Part shown: piece after piece, positions 59,700 through 64,000 of the stretch | Layout of the letters: each line of letters begins with the position of its first letter | Numbering within the stretch: position 1 is the stretch's first letter | Origin: Longimicrobiales bacterium | GTDB taxonomy: Bacteria > Gemmatimonadota > Gemmatimonadetes > Longimicrobiales > Gaopeijiaceae | Assembly: GCA_965249725.1 (NCBI GenBank) | Contig: CBDFMQ010000001.1 | Coordinates: forward strand, 288,001 to 352,000 | DNA length: 64,000 bases | Direction of reading: 5' to 3' | Notes under the pieces: model-generated | What the model was told of the DNA's origin: nothing | Database searches by the model: none | Seen by the model: the letters and a program-made list of their open reading frames with translations, nothing else | Made by a program: the position numbers and the translations under genes

Positions 59700-60003
59700 C
59701 GTGTACGACGTGATCTACTCGCCGGTCGTCTCCGAGAAGTCCGCACAGGCCATCGATGAACGCAACGTCTACACCTTCATCGTGAACAGGAACGCGAACA
59801 AGATCGAGATCGCCAAGGCCGTCGAAAAGCTTTGGGACGTGCAGGTCAGTCACGTTCGCACCATGCGATATGCCGGGAAGTCCAAGCGTGCCCTGATGGG
59901 CCGCATGTCCCGGAATCCGAACTACGGACGGCGCCCCGCCTTCAAGAAGGCGGTGGTTCAGCTAGCCGAAGGCGACCACATCGAGTTCTACGAGGTCGGA
60001 TAA
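59692..60003 (+). CDS. rplW: 50S ribosomal protein L23
   Basis: PVVSEKS, YTFIV, ANKIEIAKAVE, KKAVVQL. Confidence 0.96.
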   Translation: MRDVYDVIYSPVVSEKSAQAIDERNVYTFIVNRNANKIEIAKAVEKLWDVQVSHVRTMRYAGKSKRALMGRMSRNPNYGRRPAFKKAVVQLAEGDHIEFYEVG

Positions 60004-60009
60004 CCAACT

Positions 60010-60852
60010 ATGGCTATCAAGAAATTCAAGCCGGTTACTCCGGGAATGCGCTTTCGCTCCATCATCGACAACTCCGACATCCTCACGAAGAAGGATCCGG
60101 AGAAGTCGCTGATGGGGCCGTTGAAGAAGTCGGGTGGGCGGAATCACCACGGGAGGATCACCTCTCGGCGCCGGGGTGGCGGCCACAAGCGCCGTTATCG
60201 CCGGATCGATTTCCGACGCAACAAGACGGGCATTCCCGGTAAGGTCGCTGCCATCGAGTACGATCCGAACCGGAGTTCGAACATTGCATTGATCCACTAC
60301 GTGGACGGCGAGAAGCGGTACATCGTGCATCCGCGGGGCCTGCAGGTAGGCACCACGATCGTGTCGGGACCCGACGCGGACATCCGGGTCGGCAACGCAC
60401 TGCCTCTCGGGAAGATCCCGTTGGGCACGGTGGTTCACAACATCGAGTTGAAGCCGGGTAAGGGCGGTCAGATGGCGCGTTCGGCGGGAGCCGGCGTGCA
60501 GATCGTCGCCAAGGAAGGGAAGTACGTCGCCTTGCGGCTGCCTTCGACGGAGGTCCGGCAGGTGCTCAATACCTGCATGGCCACCATCGGACAGGTGGGG
60601 AACATCGAGTACAACCTCCAGACCATCGGTAAGGCCGGCGCGAATCGCTGGCGCGGCAAGCGCCCCGAGGTCCGCGGTGTGGCCATGAACCCGGTCGATC
60701 ACCCGCTGGGTGGTGGTGAGGGTAGGGCTTCCGGCGGACGTCCTCCGGTGACGCCCTGGGGCAAGCGCGAGGGGACGAAGACCCGCAAGAGGAAGAAGCA
60801 GTCGAACAAGTACATCATCCGCGGACGCAAGCGGGGCAAGGCTACACAGTGA
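60010..60852 (+). CDS. rplB: 50S ribosomal protein L2
   Basis: [25 protein letters not shown]. Confidence 0.99.
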   Translation: MAIKKFKPVTPGMRFRSIIDNSDILTKKDPEKSLMGPLKKSGGRNHHGRITSRRRGGGHKRRYRRIDFRRNKTGIPGKVAAIEYDPNRSSNIALIHYVDGEKRYIVHPRGLQVGTTIVSGPDADIRVGNALPLGKIPLGTVVHNIELKPGKGGQMARSAGAGVQIVAKEGKYVALRLPSTEVRQVLNTCMATIGQVGNIEYNLQTIGKAGANRWRGKRPEVRGVAMNPVDHPLGGGEGRASGGRPPVTPWGKREGTKTRKRKKQSNKYIIRGRKRGKATQ

Positions 60853-60876
60853 TGTCCCTTAGCAGAGGTCGGTTAT

Positions 60877-61164
60877 ATGCCGCGTAGTGTAAAGAAGGGC
60901 CCGTTTATCAACGAGAAGCTCCTCCTGAAGGTCGAGGTCATGAACTCCCGTGGCGAGAAGAAGGTCATCAAGACCTGGGCGCGGGCTTCGACGATCTCTC
61001 CGGACTTCGTGGGACACACGATCGCCGTGCACAACGGGAATAAGTTCATTCCCGTTTACATCACGGAAAACATGGTAGGCCACAAGCTCGGCGAATTCTC
61101 TCCCACCAGGCTCTTCAGGGGTCACAGTGGAAGACTCGCCGACAAGCGGTCCTCGGTGGGGTAG
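60877..61164 (+). CDS. rpsS: 30S ribosomal protein S19
   Basis: [21 protein letters not shown]. Confidence 0.99.
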   Translation: MPRSVKKGPFINEKLLLKVEVMNSRGEKKVIKTWARASTISPDFVGHTIAVHNGNKFIPVYITENMVGHKLGEFSPTRLFRGHSGRLADKRSSVG

Positions 61165-61171
61165 GCGAGAG

Positions 61172-61528
61172 ATGGAAATGCAAGCAAAGGCGATTGCTCG
61201 CCACGTACGGATGAGCCCGCGGAAGATTCGCTTGGTCGTGGATCAGATTCGCGGAAAGTCGGTCAATGAGGCGTATGCGATCCTTCGGTTCTCGAAGAAG
61301 GCCGCCGCGGACCCGGTGAGTAAGACACTGCGCTCCGCCGTGGCGAACGCCCAGAACAAGGCGCAGGACCATGGCGACGTTCTGGACGTGGACGAGTTGG
61401 CGGTGGCTACCGCGTTCGTCGACGAGGGCCCGACCCTGAAGCGTTGGATGGCCCGGGCCATGGGTCGTGCCGGCCGCATCAACAAGCGGACCAGCCACAT
61501 CACTGTAGTTGTGGATACCAAGGAATAA
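61172..61528 (+). CDS. rplV: 50S ribosomal protein L22
   Basis: [26 protein letters not shown]. Confidence 0.97.
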   Translation: MEMQAKAIARHVRMSPRKIRLVVDQIRGKSVNEAYAILRFSKKAAADPVSKTLRSAVANAQNKAQDHGDVLDVDELAVATAFVDEGPTLKRWMARAMGRAGRINKRTSHITVVVDTKE

Positions 61529-61530
61529 GC

Positions 61531-62190
61531 ATGGGACAGAAGACTCACCCATTGGGGTTCCGTCTCGGAATCGTCAAAGACTGGAAGTCTCGCTGGTATG
61601 CCGAGCGTGACTTCCCGCGCCTTCTCAAGGAAGACGAGACGATCCGCACGTACCTCCACAGGCGCCTCGCGCATGCCGCGCTCTCCAAGGTGGAGATCGA
61701 GCGGAAGCCGTCGAAGATCGTCGTCACGCTTTTCACTGCCCGCCCCGGCGTGGTGATCGGAAAGCGTGGAGCCGAGGTCGACAAGCTGCGCGACGAGCTC
61801 GCGGTTCTGACCAAGGCCGAGATCTCCGTGAACGTAGAGGAGATCCGCAGGCCCGAGGTCGATGCCCGTTTGGTGGCCGAGAACGTAGCCCACCAGCTCC
61901 GGCAGAGGATTTCGTTCCGTCGCGCCATGAAGAGGGCGGTCCAATCCGCCATCCGAGGTGGCGCCGAGGGCATCAAGATTCAGTGCGCGGGTCGCTTGGG
62001 CGGCGCCGAGATCGCTCGTACCGAGGGATACAACGAGGGGCGCGTGCCGCTTCACACGCTGCGTGCCGATATCGACTACGCTCAGGTTGCGGCAATCACG
62101 ACGTACGGAACGGTGGGCGTGAAGTGCTGGATCTTCCGCGGCGAAGTGGTTGAAGAGCGCCGTGACCATACGTACTCCACCGGCGCCTGA
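61531..62190 (+). CDS. rpsC: 30S ribosomal protein S3
   Basis: [27 protein letters not shown]. Confidence 0.99.
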   Translation: MGQKTHPLGFRLGIVKDWKSRWYAERDFPRLLKEDETIRTYLHRRLAHAALSKVEIERKPSKIVVTLFTARPGVVIGKRGAEVDKLRDELAVLTKAEISVNVEEIRRPEVDARLVAENVAHQLRQRISFRRAMKRAVQSAIRGGAEGIKIQCAGRLGGAEIARTEGYNEGRVPLHTLRADIDYAQVAAITTYGTVGVKCWIFRGEVVEERRDHTYSTGA

Positions 62191-62236
62191 GCGCCGGCGC
62201 TTGGACACCGGTGATTCACAAGAGGATTAGAAGACG

Positions 62237-62653
62237 ATGCTAGCGCCAAAGCGCGTAAAACACCGCAAGACGCACAAGGGCCGGATGCGCGGCAAAGCGC
62301 TCCGCGGCAACAAGGTCTCGTTCGGCGAATACGGTCTCCAGACGACAGAGTGCGGCTGGATTTCGAATCGCCAGATCGAGGCCGCTCGTGTTGCCATGAC
62401 CCGCCACATCAAACGTGGTGGAAAGGTGTGGATCCGCATTTTCCCGGATAAGCCCATCACGTCCAAGCCTGCCGAGACCCGCATGGGTAAGGGTAAGGGC
62501 AACCCGGAGGGTTGGGTCGCCGTGGTGAAGCCGGGTCGAATGATGTTCGAGCTGGAGGGCGTGCCGGTGGAGATCGCAAAGCGGGCCATGAAGTTGGCCG
62601 CGGCCAAGCTGCCCGTGGCGACCCGCTTCGTCATCCGAGAGCACCAGCTCTAG
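62237..62653 (+). CDS. rplP: 50S ribosomal protein L16
   Basis: [16 protein letters not shown]. Confidence 0.99.
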   Translation: MLAPKRVKHRKTHKGRMRGKALRGNKVSFGEYGLQTTECGWISNRQIEAARVAMTRHIKRGGKVWIRIFPDKPITSKPAETRMGKGKGNPEGWVAVVKPGRMMFELEGVPVEIAKRAMKLAAAKLPVATRFVIREHQL

Positions 62654-62676
62654 AACTACGAGATAGAGAAGAGACG

Positions 62677-62913
62677 ATGAAGGCTGAAGAGATGCGCGAG
62701 TGGGACAACACAGAGGTCCTCGCCCGGCTCGAGGAGTTGAAGGAGGAGCAATTCCGCCTCCGCTTCCGGACCGGCACCATGGATCTCGAGAATCCCAAGG
62801 TGCTACAGCACATCCGGCGCGACATTGCGCGCCTGAACACGATTCTCCGGGAGCGCGAGATGGCCGGCGCATCCGCAGAGTCAACTGGGCAATCCGAAGA
62901 GTCGACTGAGTAA
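62677..62913 (+). CDS. rpmC: 50S ribosomal protein L29
   Basis: MKAEEMRE...FRLRF...[14 protein letters not shown]. Confidence 0.95.
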   Translation: MKAEEMREWDNTEVLARLEELKEEQFRLRFRTGTMDLENPKVLQHIRRDIARLNTILREREMAGASAESTGQSEESTE

Positions 62914-62915
62914 TC

Positions 62916-63251
62916 ATGACAGACAAAGCACCGGAACAGGCCGAGGCGGCCGAGACTGCACAGGCACCAGAGGTGCCTTTGGCACCCGAAGCCGGCGACG
63001 CGCGAAATCGACGGAAAGTCCGGACCGGCGTGGTGACCAGCGACAAGAGCGACAAGACCGTGACGGTACGAGTGGAGCGGCAGTTCGCCCACGCGTTGTA
63101 CGGCAAGCAGGTCAAGAAGACCAAGAAGTACCATGCCCACGACGAAGACAATCAGTACAAAGCAGGCGACGTGGTCAGGATCGTCGAGACCCGGCCTCTT
63201 TCGAAGACCAAGCGGTGGCGTGTTCTCGAACTGCTTGAACGCTCCGAATAA
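62916..63251 (+). CDS. rpsQ: 30S ribosomal protein S17 (acidic N-terminal extension)
   Basis: [29 protein letters not shown]. Confidence 0.97.
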   Translation: MTDKAPEQAEAAETAQAPEVPLAPEAGDARNRRKVRTGVVTSDKSDKTVTVRVERQFAHALYGKQVKKTKKYHAHDEDNQYKAGDVVRIVETRPLSKTKRWRVLELLERSE

Positions 63252-63295
63252 GAACGCGCTTCTGACGCGATTTGAACGCGAATTAGGACACAGAG

Positions 63296-63664
63296 ATGAT
63301 TCAGCAGGAATCGATCCTCAAGATTGCCGACAACTCAGGGGCCAAGAGCGCCCTGTGTATTCGGGTCATGGGTGGATCACGGCGACGCTATGCGAGTGTC
63401 GGTGATGTCATCGTGGCGACCGTCAAGGACGCCATCCCCAATTCACCCGTGAAGAAGGGTGAGGTGGTGCAGGCGGTGGTCGTACGCACGGCCAAGGAAG
63501 TGCGCCGCCGAGATGGCACCTATATCCGCTTCGACGACAACGCGGCAGTACTCATCACGCCCCAGGGCGAACCCCGCGGCACCCGCATCTTCGGGCCCGT
63601 AGGAAGAGAACTCCGCGAAAAGCGCTATATGAGAATCGTTTCGCTGGCTCCGGAGGTGCTGTAA
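63296..63664 (+). CDS. rplN: 50S ribosomal protein L14
   Basis: [24 protein letters not shown]. Confidence 0.99.
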   Translation: MIQQESILKIADNSGAKSALCIRVMGGSRRRYASVGDVIVATVKDAIPNSPVKKGEVVQAVVVRTAKEVRRRDGTYIRFDDNAAVLITPQGEPRGTRIFGPVGRELREKRYMRIVSLAPEVL

Positions 63665-64000
63665 TGGCCACCAAAGCAACCCATCCTTCGATTGTGCGGG
63701 GTGACCGGGTCAAGGTGATCCGCGGCAACCATCGCGATATGGAAGGCACCGTCCTTCGTGTACTCAGGGACGACGGCCGGGTCGTGGTGGAGGGCGTTAA
63801 CATGCGTAAGCGGCATGAGCGCCCCACCGAGGCGAACCCGGAGGGCGGAATCATGACCTTCGAGGCCCCGATCCATCTATCCAACGTGATGTTGGTGGAT
63901 CAGGCTTCGGATCAGGCGAGCCGGGTCCGCAAGCGGATCGAGGCCGATGGAACCAAAGAGAGGATTGCCGTAAAGACCGGCAATCCGATCCCCAAGCCGT
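63664..64000 (+). CDS. rplX: 50S ribosomal protein L24 (stop codon beyond the window; not in the ORF track)
   Basis: GDRVKVIRG, VVVEGVNM, EAPIHLSNVML. Confidence 0.95.
   Translation, partial: MATKATHPSIVRGDRVKVIRGNHRDMEGTVLRVLRDDGRVVVEGVNMRKRHERPTEANPEGGIMTFEAPIHLSNVMLVDQASDQASRVRKRIEADGTKERIAVKTGNPIPKP

Overview
High-GC bacterial chromosomal window, probably Gemmatimonadota (inferred from the Ser/Thr kinase-beta-propeller family, secreted peptidases and gene style; not verified). There are three zones. (1) 1-14.9 kb holds signalling, secreted peptidase/aminotransferase and hydrolase genes, with a few gene remnants. (2) About 14.9-29 kb is a decayed accessory island. It begins at a tRNA-Ala(TGC) cut just after its anticodon loop, followed by integrase-arm-like repeats. 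It carries an integrase-less attC cassette array, a nested triple IS3 structure, a Ser/Thr kinase, mddA and many gene fragments. (3) 29-64 kb holds peptidases, then the core tRNA-tuf-rpmG-secE-nusG-rplKAJL-rpoBC region and the str/S10/spc ribosomal operons. The most striking item sits between rpoC and rpsL. It is a translationally coupled cassette of nucleotidyltransferase, HprK-like kinase, PqqD/RRE and PRMT-fold methyltransferase, followed by a ~70-aa peptide with a twin-arginine-like leader, a YxxP motif and a Met/Gly-repeat core. This looks like a candidate RiPP-like peptide-modification system with no cyclase or protease in the cluster. All protein calls come from motif recognition by eye; no searches were run.
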